Assembly (NCBI GenBank): GCA_965247255.1 | Contig: CBDFGS010000007.1 | Span: forward strand, 48,216-112,215 | Source: Dehalococcoidia bacterium | Lineage (GTDB): Bacteria; Chloroflexota; Dehalococcoidia; Lucifugimonadales; CAUZJF01 | Length of the DNA: 64,000 nt | Reading direction: 5' to 3' | Shown here: piece by piece, positions 1 through 8,661 of the stretch | Layout of the letters: every line of letters begins with the position of its first letter | How positions within the stretch are numbered: position 1 is the first letter of the stretch | The notes under the pieces: model-generated | Told to the model about the DNA's origin: nothing | Seen by the model: only the letters and a program-made list of their open reading frames with translations | Databases searched by the model: none | Position numbers and translations under genes: made by a program

Positions 1-1
1 C

Positions 2-529
2 TCGCCCGATATACGCGGGGTCGTACTCAGCCTAGCGGCCAGGCGAGGGGACCGGGCGACCTACGACACAATGTGGGCCCTGCGCGAGGATGCCACGCTC
101 GAAGAGGAGAAGGTCCGGCTGCTCGGCGCAATAACCCGGTTCGAGGTCCCGGAGTTGCTGGACGACGCCCTGGAGCGCTCTCTTGAGCCTGAGCGAGTGA
201 GGGTGCACGACACAGTCAGGGTAGTGTCAGGCGTCGCCACCAACAGGCTTGGTAGGGACCGGGCCTGGGAATTCGTCAAGGCTAACTGGGCTGAGTTCGA
301 CCGCCGCTACGGCGCGGGAGACTTCGGCCTGCAGCATCTCGTCTCATTGACAGGCAGGTTCACCACGCAGCAGAGGCTGGACGACGTTAGCACGTTCTTC
401 GAGACGAACCCGACACCCGCGGCCGAGCGCACGATACGCCAGTCCCTGGAGCGCATCAAGCTCAACGTCGCGTGGCTGGAGCGCAACCGCGATGAGCTGG
501 GGGTGTGGTTTGAGAAGGCGGGGGCCTAA
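2..529 (+). CDS. pepN: M1-family aminopeptidase N, C-terminal fragment (5' end outside window)
   Basis: The frame is open from nt 2 with no stop before the listed ORF 71-529. The tail (LSLAARRGDRATYDTMWALREDATLEEEKVRLLGAIT..NWAEFDRRYG) resembles the ERAP1-like C-terminal helical domain of M1 aminopeptidases. Confidence 0.6.
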   Translation, partial: SPDIRGVVLSLAARRGDRATYDTMWALREDATLEEEKVRLLGAITRFEVPELLDDALERSLEPERVRVHDTVRVVSGVATNRLGRDRAWEFVKANWAEFDRRYGAGDFGLQHLVSLTGRFTTQQRLDDVSTFFETNPTPAAERTIRQSLERIKLNVAWLERNRDELGVWFEKAGA

Positions 530-622
530 CAGCGCTGCTGGCACGAGAGCTCACCGACGTCGGGACTTGACCTACTAACTCCCGACGCCCTGGCATGAAA
601 CCATAGGAACTTTCAGCGTTGC

Positions 623-979
623 GTGGAGATAGGCGACAGCCAGGGACAGCGTTGGGAGACGCTTCAAGCACTGGTAGACACAGGCTCTACCTATACGTGG
701 GTCCCTGCTCGATTCCTAGAGCGGCTTGATGTAGCTCCCGAATTCCAGCGGGAGTTTGAGACGGCCGACGGACGCATCGTCCAGCGCGACATGGCAACCA
801 CCATGGTCCGATGGAACGGTGAGTCGATGCATACGCTGGTGGTATTTGGCGGAGACGGTGACGCTGTCATGGGAGCCTACACGCTGGAAGGCTTCTCCGT
901 GGCCCCGGACCCCGTTAACCTTCGCCTGGTGCGAGTTCGAGGCTTGGCTATGGGCCGTACAGGCACGGCTGAGTTCTAG
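623..979 (+). CDS. Retropepsin-like (clan AA) aspartic protease, small single-domain
   Basis: 118-aa ORF with a GTG start. It has a QALVDTGSTYTWVP motif (D-T-G-S) and is the size and layout of bacterial/archaeal retropepsin-like proteins. A paralog lies at 27855-28205. Confidence 0.6.
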   Translation: MEIGDSQGQRWETLQALVDTGSTYTWVPARFLERLDVAPEFQREFETADGRIVQRDMATTMVRWNGESMHTLVVFGGDGDAVMGAYTLEGFSVAPDPVNLRLVRVRGLAMGRTGTAEF

Positions 980-1093
980 GACGTCAACGCTCCTAATTCA
1001 GGAAGGCTGTTCCGCTCAAGATGGGGTCCTACCTCTTCCCCCGCCTCCGTGGGAAGATTGAGCCCGTCCTGAGCCGCGGCGAGGGATGGGAGC

Positions 1094-2443
1094 CTACGTT
1101 CCTTCGTAGACCTCTTCCTGCAGCCGCTGCTCTTGCAACTCCAGGTATTGCTTCTTGCTCAATCTTGGCTGGCTACCGGACAGTACCTCGTTCGCCTTGG
1201 CGGCGCCGTTCGCTAGCAGGCTTATCACAGTCGCAGCCAAGGCCTTAGCCGGCTTTATTACCGCCTGGTCGTAGTCGTTGATCAGGTAGTCCGTGCCGTG
1301 ACCCATCCCCGTTGCGCCCCCTGTATAAGGATGGATGGCAGGCATTATCTGGCTGACGTCACCCATGTCGGTGGAGCCGCCGCGAATGAAGTCGCGTGGT
1401 CGACGGACGAAGTTGTCTTCCCCTACCAACGGCGCAGCGTTGTCCCGGAACAGATCCATCAGCGCCTCGTCATTAAGCATCGGAAGATAGCCGGGAATGG
1501 TAACGATGCTCACCTTGGCGCCCAGGGCGAGAGCCCCCGCCCGGAGACACCGGTCCATCTTGGCGCTGGCGTCCGCGATGGCCTCGGCTGTAGAGCCTCG
1601 TACACGCCCCTCGTACCGCACGTCCGCCGGTATCGAGTTGGCGGCCGCGCCGCCTGAGGTCATGATGCCGTGCAGTCGCACCATATCCTCGCTCTTGAAA
1701 GTCTCCCTCTGCGTGTTTAGCGCGCCGAGAGCGACTATCGCGGCCTGCAACGCATTCACCCCACGGTGGGGTGAGCTGCCGGCGTGGGACGCTTTGCCGA
1801 TGAATCTCACGTACTTGACCAGGTGCCCGTTGCTCGTGCCGCCGACGGAGAACCCCCGCTCGGACGCACTCGCTGAGGTGTGCACCATCGCGGCCATGTC
1901 GACGTCGTCGAACGCTCCCAGGCGGATAAACTCTTGCTTCCCCGACATCAGACCCAGCTTGCCCGACTGATGCAGCTCCCACCGGTACTCCGCATCTATG
2001 AACTCTTCGGCCGGTGTAGCCATGAGCGCGACGTTTCCCGCAAGCTCGGGCAGGACCTCCGCTGCCGAGAGGCCGACGGCGACACCGAGCATCACGGCGA
2101 CCTGGCAATGGTGCCCGCATGCGTGTGCGGCGCCGCTCACGGCGTCGGCATGCGGGTGTCCGGGTACCTTCAGGGCGTCAAGCTCGCCGATCACCGCTAC
2201 CGTCGGGCCTGAGCGTCCTCCCTGCAAGACTCCCTTGATGCCAGTTAGGGCGATGCCGTTCTCGTGCGGGACGCCGACCTCCGCCAACTTCTCGCTGACG
2301 AGCCGCGAGGTCTTGACCTCCTGGAACCCGGGCTCAGGCTGGCTGAGCACGGTCTTGGCGACGTCAATGAGCCACTCCCGCCTCCGGTCGATGGCAGAGA
2401 GCGCCGCAGATTTCAGCGATTCGAGGCTTGCCGGGCGATTCAC
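1094..2443 (-). CDS. M20-family amidohydrolase (AbgB/aminoacylase-like)
   Basis: 449-aa ORF with a metal-binding AAHACGHH motif and PGHPHAD. Overall M20D-like layout with a dimerisation insert. Confidence 0.8.
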   Translation of the reverse strand: MNRPASLESLKSAALSAIDRRREWLIDVAKTVLSQPEPGFQEVKTSRLVSEKLAEVGVPHENGIALTGIKGVLQGGRSGPTVAVIGELDALKVPGHPHADAVSGAAHACGHHCQVAVMLGVAVGLSAAEVLPELAGNVALMATPAEEFIDAEYRWELHQSGKLGLMSGKQEFIRLGAFDDVDMAAMVHTSASASERGFSVGGTSNGHLVKYVRFIGKASHAGSSPHRGVNALQAAIVALGALNTQRETFKSEDMVRLHGIMTSGGAAANSIPADVRYEGRVRGSTAEAIADASAKMDRCLRAGALALGAKVSIVTIPGYLPMLNDEALMDLFRDNAAPLVGEDNFVRRPRDFIRGGSTDMGDVSQIMPAIHPYTGGATGMGHGTDYLINDYDQAVIKPAKALAATVISLLANGAAKANEVLSGSQPRLSKKQYLELQEQRLQEEVYEGT

Positions 2444-2458
2444 TCGTCCATACCAGCG

Positions 2459-3799
2459 CTACTCCGTGTACGTCTCCTCACTCAGCATATCGCGCATCAT
2501 CGACAGATACTGCGCCTTGGTCATCGGTGCGTCGTATTTGGCGATCACTTCCTGGGCGCCTCGTCCACGATCTGCCAGCAGGTCGATTACGGTCATCGCC
2601 ATCGCCTTGGCCGCCGTCACAACCGCTGCGTCGTAATCCTCTACCAGATAGTCGGCGCCATGCGCGTTCCCGTTGGCAGCTCCGACGTAAGGGTGGAGCA
2701 CCGGCATGAGCGCGCCGATATCGCCCATGTCCGTGGACCCTGAGCGGTGCCCCATCCTAACGACCCCTTGCTCGCCTACCAGCTGCGCTGCGTTGGTGGC
2801 GTACACGTCGGTGAGCGCGGCGCTCTGCCTCAAAGGAACGTAGCCGGGGAGTGTCGTGATCGTTACGCTACCCCCGACCGCCATCGCCCCTGCCCTCAAT
2901 GCGCGATCGACCTTGCGGGCGGCCGACTGGAACGCCTCCGTGGTCTTGCCGCGTACGAACGTCTCCATTCTCACGTCGGCGGGGACCGAGCTTACGGCGT
3001 CGCCGCCCTTCGTGATGATAGGGTGCACCTTAATGGCGTCTTCGTCGCGGAACGTCTCGCGCTGGGCGTGTATCGCGGTCAGCGCGATGTTAGCCGCGTT
3101 GAGCGCATTGATCCCCTTGTAAGGCCAGGCCCCCGCGTGCGCGGCTAGTCCTGTGAACTGGATACGTTTGGCCAGCATGCCGTTGGAGAACGCGCCTACG
3201 CCGAGGCTCCCCGCCCCTATGTGGGCGATGTTCTCCGTGTGCGTCATCATGGCCATGTCGACGCCGTCCAGCGCGCCGAGCCGAATGAACTCCGCCTTGC
3301 CTCCGAGGAACTCCAGCTTCCCCTCACGCCGGAGCTCGTCACGGTACTCGATCTCGATGTACTCTTCGGCCGGGACGGCGACTAGAGCCACCCGCCCTGC
3401 CAGGGCCTCCATGACCCCAGCGGCCTTCAGCCCCGAGGCGACGCCGAGCATCGAGCCGATTTGGATGTGGTGCGCACAGGCGTGAGCGGCACTCGTGGTC
3501 GGATCTGCGTGCGGGTGGTCCGGGACCACCAGCGAGTCCAGCTCCCCTATGACCGCGACCGTCGGGCCGGAGGCGCCGCCCTCCAGCATCCCCTTAAGCC
3601 CAGTGAGGGCGATACTCTCCTCGTAGGGAACGCCAAGTCGCCGGAACTCCTGGGCCACGCGCTTCGACGTCTTCCGCTCGCGAAAGCCCGCCTCCGGCTC
3701 GTAAAGGATGGCCTTGGCCACGCCGATGAGGTCATCGGCGCGCCGGTCGATCTCGGCTGACGCCGCCGCCTTCAGCTCCTCGATTCCCATCCGCTGCAT
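2459..3799 (-). CDS. M20-family amidohydrolase, paralog of 1094-2443
   Basis: The ORF is collinear with the neighbour (AAHACAHH, PDHPHAD). The start is placed at Met35 of the listed ORF (MQRMGIEELK), preceded by GGAAGGAG. The maximal ORF runs to 3901. Confidence 0.8.
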   Translation of the reverse strand: MQRMGIEELKAAASAEIDRRADDLIGVAKAILYEPEAGFRERKTSKRVAQEFRRLGVPYEESIALTGLKGMLEGGASGPTVAVIGELDSLVVPDHPHADPTTSAAHACAHHIQIGSMLGVASGLKAAGVMEALAGRVALVAVPAEEYIEIEYRDELRREGKLEFLGGKAEFIRLGALDGVDMAMMTHTENIAHIGAGSLGVGAFSNGMLAKRIQFTGLAAHAGAWPYKGINALNAANIALTAIHAQRETFRDEDAIKVHPIITKGGDAVSSVPADVRMETFVRGKTTEAFQSAARKVDRALRAGAMAVGGSVTITTLPGYVPLRQSAALTDVYATNAAQLVGEQGVVRMGHRSGSTDMGDIGALMPVLHPYVGAANGNAHGADYLVEDYDAAVVTAAKAMAMTVIDLLADRGRGAQEVIAKYDAPMTKAQYLSMMRDMLSEETYTE

Positions 3800-4024
3800 C
3801 TGCTCCTTCCACTCAGTTGCCGAGCGCCCGCCCGATTCTACCAGAGCACTGGATGACGGTACACGGAGCAGCCCCCACGCTGCCATCTCAGACCCAGGCA
3901 AGAGGGGCGCCTGGGAGCGGTGCTCCCGTCAACTGCAGTCCCAGAATCTCACCGGTGATGGTATATAATCGCTCAGCCCGTGAGCCGTACGTCCCAGCGT
4001 TAGGAAGGAATTAGCAGACTGGCA

Positions 4025-5176
4025 ATGAAGGTGGTCATCGCCCCCCAGGCGTTCAAGGGAAGCATCGGCGCGCTCGACGTGGCTACGGCCATCGGCGAGG
4101 GGGTACGACGTGTCATCCCCGACGCGGACCTGGAACTCGTCCCAGTCGCCGACGGTGGCGACGGCACCCTGGAGACGCTGGTGGAGGCGACCGGAGGGGA
4201 GATTCGCACCGCCACGGTTACCGGCCCGCTGGGGGAGACGGTGACAGCGCAGTGGGGGGCGCTGGGTGATGGCGCCACGGCCATCATCGAGATGGCGCGC
4301 ACCTCGGGCCTGGCGATGGTACCCCACGAAAAGCGCGATCCTCGCACCACCACCACGTATGGCCTGGGCGAGGCTATAAAGAACGCCCTCGATGCCGGCT
4401 TTCGCGCCTTCATCCTGGGCATCGGCGGCAGCGCCACTAACGACGGCGGCGCCGGCGTCGCCCAGGCGCTCGGCGTGAGACTGCTGGACGACGAGGGACA
4501 CGACCTATCCCATGGAGGCGCGGCGCTCGCGCGCCTCGACCGTATCGACATGTCAGGCCTGGACAGCCGCGTGAGCGAGTCGAGGTTTTCCGTGGCGTGC
4601 GACGTGAACAACCCGCTGACAGGCCCCGAGGGCGCATCTGCGGTATACGGCCCCCAGAAGGGCGCGACTCCGGAGATGGTCGCGCAGCTCGACGCGGCGC
4701 TGGCCCGGCTGGCGGAGGTCGTCAAGAGGGACATCGGCGCCGAGATCAACGACATACCCGGCGCTGGGGCGGCTGGAGGACTCGGCGGAGGGCTCATCGC
4801 GTTCGTCGATGGGACGCTGCGGGCGGGTGTGGACATCGTGCTGGACACCGTCGAGCTGGAGTCCAAGCTAAAGGGCGCCGATCTTGTGATCACGGGCGAG
4901 GGCCAGATGGACTTCCAGACCGTCTACAACAAGGCCCCCATAGGTGTGGCGAGAATGGCCAAGGCCAACGGCATTCCCGTGATCGCTATCTCGGGCTCGC
5001 TAGGCAGGGGATTTTCAGACGTGCACGAGCACGGCATTGACGCGGTGCTCCCCATCACCAGCGCGCCGTTGACCTTGGACGAGGCTTCGGAGCGCGCGGC
5101 GGAGCTGGCCGCTTCAGCCGCAGAGCAGGCTCTCCGGCTGATGAAGGCGGGCGCGCGCGTCTTCGGCCCGTCGTAG
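4025..5176 (+). CDS. glxK: Glycerate kinase
   Basis: 383 aa. The N-terminus MKVVIAPQAFKGSIGALDVA, the GGSATNDGGAG motif and the C-terminal VITGEGQMDFQT are typical of the glycerate kinase family. Confidence 0.85.
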   Translation: MKVVIAPQAFKGSIGALDVATAIGEGVRRVIPDADLELVPVADGGDGTLETLVEATGGEIRTATVTGPLGETVTAQWGALGDGATAIIEMARTSGLAMVPHEKRDPRTTTTYGLGEAIKNALDAGFRAFILGIGGSATNDGGAGVAQALGVRLLDDEGHDLSHGGAALARLDRIDMSGLDSRVSESRFSVACDVNNPLTGPEGASAVYGPQKGATPEMVAQLDAALARLAEVVKRDIGAEINDIPGAGAAGGLGGGLIAFVDGTLRAGVDIVLDTVELESKLKGADLVITGEGQMDFQTVYNKAPIGVARMAKANGIPVIAISGSLGRGFSDVHEHGIDAVLPITSAPLTLDEASERAAELAASAAEQALRLMKAGARVFGPS

Positions 5177-5280
5177 CAGAAACCTCACCCTGCCGGCCCG
5201 CGGACAGGCGATGTCGGACGGTAATGCCGGAGTTGAGTGTGGCGGCTTGATATGAGGATTGCGGCGAATAGCAGGACGGA

Positions 5281-6264
5281 ATGACACAGCTCCCCGTGGA
5301 TCTGGCTACTGCTTCTAACCCAATCCGGGTCTGGAGAATGGTCGCTCTGCCCTTCGTTGTGGCGGCGGTCACACTTTCGGCAGCGGTCGTCGGAGCCGTG
5401 CTAATCGGGGATACGAGCGGCACGGACCCCGTTAACAGCTTCGTCATTGCCTTGTCGGACATTTATAGGGAGAATAGCGAGCGCATAATCCAAGGGCGCT
5501 TTCACTTTGCCTTCGAAATGGGGGTAGCCGTCTCATTCCACCACTGTGGCCTCTTCTTGCTTTTCGCATACGCGGCGCTATATCTCGGGACGGGCGAATA
5601 TGAGTTCGAGGCGCCCCTGGTTGCGCGGCTGCGCCGAGCATTAGGTCGTGCGCTAGTGGTGGGGGGAGCAATAATCGCTGGGCTCGCCGGGACATTTGGC
5701 GTTGCTGCCGTGATCATCGAGACGGGAGGCCGGTCCTTAGTAAGAGAGGCACTGCCATGGATGGCCCTCGCCATAAGTGTCGTCTTAACTTTGGCCGCGG
5801 GCTGGCTGCTCGCGCGGAGCCAGGTGTACAGCGCGCTGGCTCGGACGTCTGCCTCTCGCAATGGGAGTCCCGGCCGGAACAGCGCAGTAGGTTACTTCTT
5901 GTTGAGTCTTGCCTTCGCCGCCGTGTTCCTTAGTTGCAGCCTACCGATCTTTCTCGTGGCGATCGGTTCTCCGTTTTCACTTGGCCAGCTCGTACAATTC
6001 ACGATGGGGATGGCCGCATCGTTGTTTCTACCAACAATGGTGATCGCTTTGGTCATCATTGCGTTAATTCTGGCGATGGCGCTGCTCAAAGCCATCATGG
6101 CCGATGTAGTGCGCGATGCGCTCCCACTAGTCAATACCGCGAGAGCCTTCCTGATAACTACCAGTGAGGCCGTGGGGATTCTGTGGGTGATCCTGGCCGC
6201 GGGGTACATCGTTTTCTTCTGGTTTACGGTCGGGCTCGAATATCTCCTCGCTGAAAAAGCCTAG
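5281..6264 (+). CDS. Polytopic membrane protein, possibly DsbD/CcdA-like thiol-disulfide transporter
   Basis: 327 aa with about 7-8 hydrophobic segments. Cysteines sit in membrane segments (FHHCGLF, FLSCSLPIF), reminiscent of the DsbD_2/CcdA family. The assignment is tentative. Confidence 0.45.
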   Translation: MTQLPVDLATASNPIRVWRMVALPFVVAAVTLSAAVVGAVLIGDTSGTDPVNSFVIALSDIYRENSERIIQGRFHFAFEMGVAVSFHHCGLFLLFAYAALYLGTGEYEFEAPLVARLRRALGRALVVGGAIIAGLAGTFGVAAVIIETGGRSLVREALPWMALAISVVLTLAAGWLLARSQVYSALARTSASRNGSPGRNSAVGYFLLSLAFAAVFLSCSLPIFLVAIGSPFSLGQLVQFTMGMAASLFLPTMVIALVIIALILAMALLKAIMADVVRDALPLVNTARAFLITTSEAVGILWVILAAGYIVFFWFTVGLEYLLAEKA

Positions 6265-6381
6265 AAGCCCCAGCTAGCCCGCGAACCCAGGCTGTCCCCA
6301 CGAGAGATCGTCCACGAGCATAGTCGGCTCTACGTAATGCGAGCAAGGTAAGCGATTCGCGTTCGTTTGTGGAGCCCGGAC

Positions 6382-7131
6382 CTACCCCAGAATCACCATA
6401 TGGACCTCCCGCGGCCCGTGGACGCCGGTCACGATGGTCTGCTCGATATCTGCCGAGCGGCTGGGCCCCGTGATGATGTTCACATACGGCTCCAGGCCTT
6501 CTGCCATCGCCCGTTGCCGCCTCAGAGTGAACAGCTCGTCCAGGCTCGGCAGCACCTGGCCCACCTCCACCACTGCGATGTGAACCGGCGGCGTTAGCGA
6601 CGCCAGGCGGCTTACGCCCTTCCGCGCGACGATGACGCAGCTTCCTGTCTCCGCTATGGCGTAGTCGACGCCCGTAATCCCCAGGTCCGCTTCGATCGCG
6701 CTCTCTCTGATCGCGGCCCGCTGCGCCTCCAACGGTCCGTCGGACTCGTCGTGCACCGCCGCCAGCCGCAGCGTGATGGTGGACGCGGCGAACGCAGGGT
6801 CGAGTCCCAGCGTATCGAGCACCGCATGGCTCGACCGCACGACCGAGCGAGCTTCAAGGTCCCGGGCTACGCCCATGACGTAGTCGCGGGCGTCGTCCGG
6901 GGTGCCTGCGGACCGTACTGTCCAGCCCGCCTTCTCCGCCGATTCGGTCAGGTCCGAGGCCAGCTCCTTTGCCCGCGCTTTCATCTGCGAGAGTACCGCA
7001 GCCGCCCGCGACGCGACGGAGGCAGCATCCCGCGAGAGGGCGGTCTCGTCAGGGGGCTGGTCGGGACGGTCTCCGGACCGCCTGCCGAGGGCGCGGCGGA
7101 CGTTGTCGATGAACTCGTCGCGGTTACTCAT
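6382..7131 (-). CDS. lutC: Lactate utilisation protein C (LUD domain)
   Basis: 249-aa LUD-domain-like sequence (ITGVDYAIAETGSCVI...HMVILG) in a cluster with lutA and lutB. Confidence 0.75.
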   Translation of the reverse strand: MSNRDEFIDNVRRALGRRSGDRPDQPPDETALSRDAASVASRAAAVLSQMKARAKELASDLTESAEKAGWTVRSAGTPDDARDYVMGVARDLEARSVVRSSHAVLDTLGLDPAFAASTITLRLAAVHDESDGPLEAQRAAIRESAIEADLGITGVDYAIAETGSCVIVARKGVSRLASLTPPVHIAVVEVGQVLPSLDELFTLRRQRAMAEGLEPYVNIITGPSRSADIEQTIVTGVHGPREVHMVILG

Positions 7132-7191
7132 GGTGTCGACCGTAGCATTAACGGGAGCTGCCTATCGACCACTATCTCAGGTAGGTGGATT

Positions 7192-7215
7192 GGGCGCGGC
7201 AAGCAGCGCCCCTAC
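7192..7215 (+). repeat. GC-rich hairpin element GGGCGCGGCAAGCAGCGCCCCTAC (copy 1)
   Basis: Exact 24-mer also present at 40628-40651, a variant at 43397-43420 and a reverse-complement copy at 49137-49160. The GGGCGC/GCGCCC arms can pair. Confidence 0.8.
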
Positions 7216-7263
7216 GTGCGGCCTTCGCGACGATGCTCCGGACCCTTGGATCCCGCGCGATGC

Positions 7264-8661
7264 CTACATAGTGCGGACGGCCGTGCCAGCCTCGCGCGAG
7301 ATTCGTGCGGCGATCTCCCCGACGTCGAGCTCGTTGGACGGCCACTCTTCCGGCGGCACGTGCGACAGCCGCAACAGGACTCGTGCGAGCTGCGCCACGT
7401 ATTCCCTCAACTCTCTGGGTCGTACCTTGTCCGCCGTGTCCGCGGGCTCGCCGCGGTAGTCTGCGTCGGGGTGGCGACCGACGAACCGCCAACGCCACAG
7501 AATCGCGTACGGGATCGCGGCGCGCGCGAACGAGAACCCGTCGTTGGTGTAGTCGAGCTGCGGCATTACATGGCATCTGAGTCCGTCGTTCATCGAGTCC
7601 AGGGCCTTCGTCACGAGGGAACGCAGCTCCGGGAACTGCAGCACCACGCCCTTGATCGGACCGGCGCCTATCTCGTCCAGGTTCACCACGAACCTGGGAT
7701 GCTGTTCGGACCCGTGGTGCCGTCGAATGTACGCCGCCGAGCCCTGGTGGTGAAACTCCTCGCCGCTCCAGGTGCAAAACCGTATGCTGCGCCCCGGTGA
7801 TATCCCCATCTCACGGCCCAGAAGCGCCAGGACCCGCGCCGTTTCCATTACCACCACCGTGCCGGAGGAGTTGTCGTTGCCGCCGGGCGATTCCGGGTAG
7901 GTGTCGTGGTGCGCCCCAAGCACGAGCGACTCACCCGGCCACGCCGAGCCCTCGATCTCAGCGACGGTGTTATGTGAAGGCGCCGTGTACGAGCGGCTAT
8001 CGACCCTTATCGCCAGCCTCTTCCCCTCGGCCGCGCTCAGCCTGAGCAGGGCCCCGTGCTCCCGGGTCGTCAGGACGGAGGGTATGGGATGGGGCAGCAC
8101 CTCGCCAGCGCGCTCAGCCCTGCGCTTGTCAGTCGCCATCTGGTACTCCATCCGCCCGCCGCTCTTCTCCTCGACCACGACCGCCGCAACCGCCCCCACC
8201 TCCCGCAGGTCGACGATGCGGTCCGCCACCGGCCTAGGGGTGCTGAACGGCTCACTGCCCAGGGCGACGACGGCCACTGCGCCCGGCAGGTTCCCGGAAG
8301 CGGGCGCGAGCTCGTGAGGCATCCCGAAGCCCACGTCCACCAGCGGCGCCTCGACGTCGACGGGAGGGCATCCGAGCATCGGCAGAATGTCGACGGGGCG
8401 CTCGCTCTCCACGAGATGCGCCTCGGCCGCGTCGTGCTCCCAGGTGTGCATCTCGAACTCCTCGAGACGCGCGTCGGAGAGCCCCGCCTCAGCCATCCGG
8501 TCCTTGATGTACTCGGCGGCTTTCAGGTCCGCGGGCGACGTGGCCCAGCGCGGCCCGATGTTTGTGCACAGCTCCGTGAGGTGCTCTTCGAGTCGTGAGC
8601 CGACATACGCCTCGCCGACAAGCCATCTATCGATCTTCGCCCAGTCCAGCGTCATTTTCAT
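7264..8661 (-). CDS. M28-family metallopeptidase
   Basis: Motifs GAHHDTYPESPGGNDNSSGTVVVME and WSGEEFHHQGS fit M28 zinc ligands. The start is placed at MKMTLDW, whose ATG overlaps the lutB TGA (ATGA at 8661-8658). The maximal ORF runs to 8859. Confidence 0.75.
   Translation of the reverse strand: MKMTLDWAKIDRWLVGEAYVGSRLEEHLTELCTNIGPRWATSPADLKAAEYIKDRMAEAGLSDARLEEFEMHTWEHDAAEAHLVESERPVDILPMLGCPPVDVEAPLVDVGFGMPHELAPASGNLPGAVAVVALGSEPFSTPRPVADRIVDLREVGAVAAVVVEEKSGGRMEYQMATDKRRAERAGEVLPHPIPSVLTTREHGALLRLSAAEGKRLAIRVDSRSYTAPSHNTVAEIEGSAWPGESLVLGAHHDTYPESPGGNDNSSGTVVVMETARVLALLGREMGISPGRSIRFCTWSGEEFHHQGSAAYIRRHHGSEQHPRFVVNLDEIGAGPIKGVVLQFPELRSLVTKALDSMNDGLRCHVMPQLDYTNDGFSFARAAIPYAILWRWRFVGRHPDADYRGEPADTADKVRPRELREYVAQLARVLLRLSHVPPEEWPSNELDVGEIAARISREAGTAVRTM

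Noticed and set aside
4000-4893. A 297-aa minus-strand ORF antisense to glycerate kinase. Similar long antisense or shadow ORFs occur at 6751-7800, 18208-19143, 26490-27509, 29226-30299, 46375-47070, 57955-58845 and 59188-60306.
   Set aside because: They overlap confidently identified genes on the opposite strand. Their compositions are Arg/Pro/Ala/Ser-rich and low-complexity, as expected for shadow frames in high-G+C DNA. They have no recognisable motifs.
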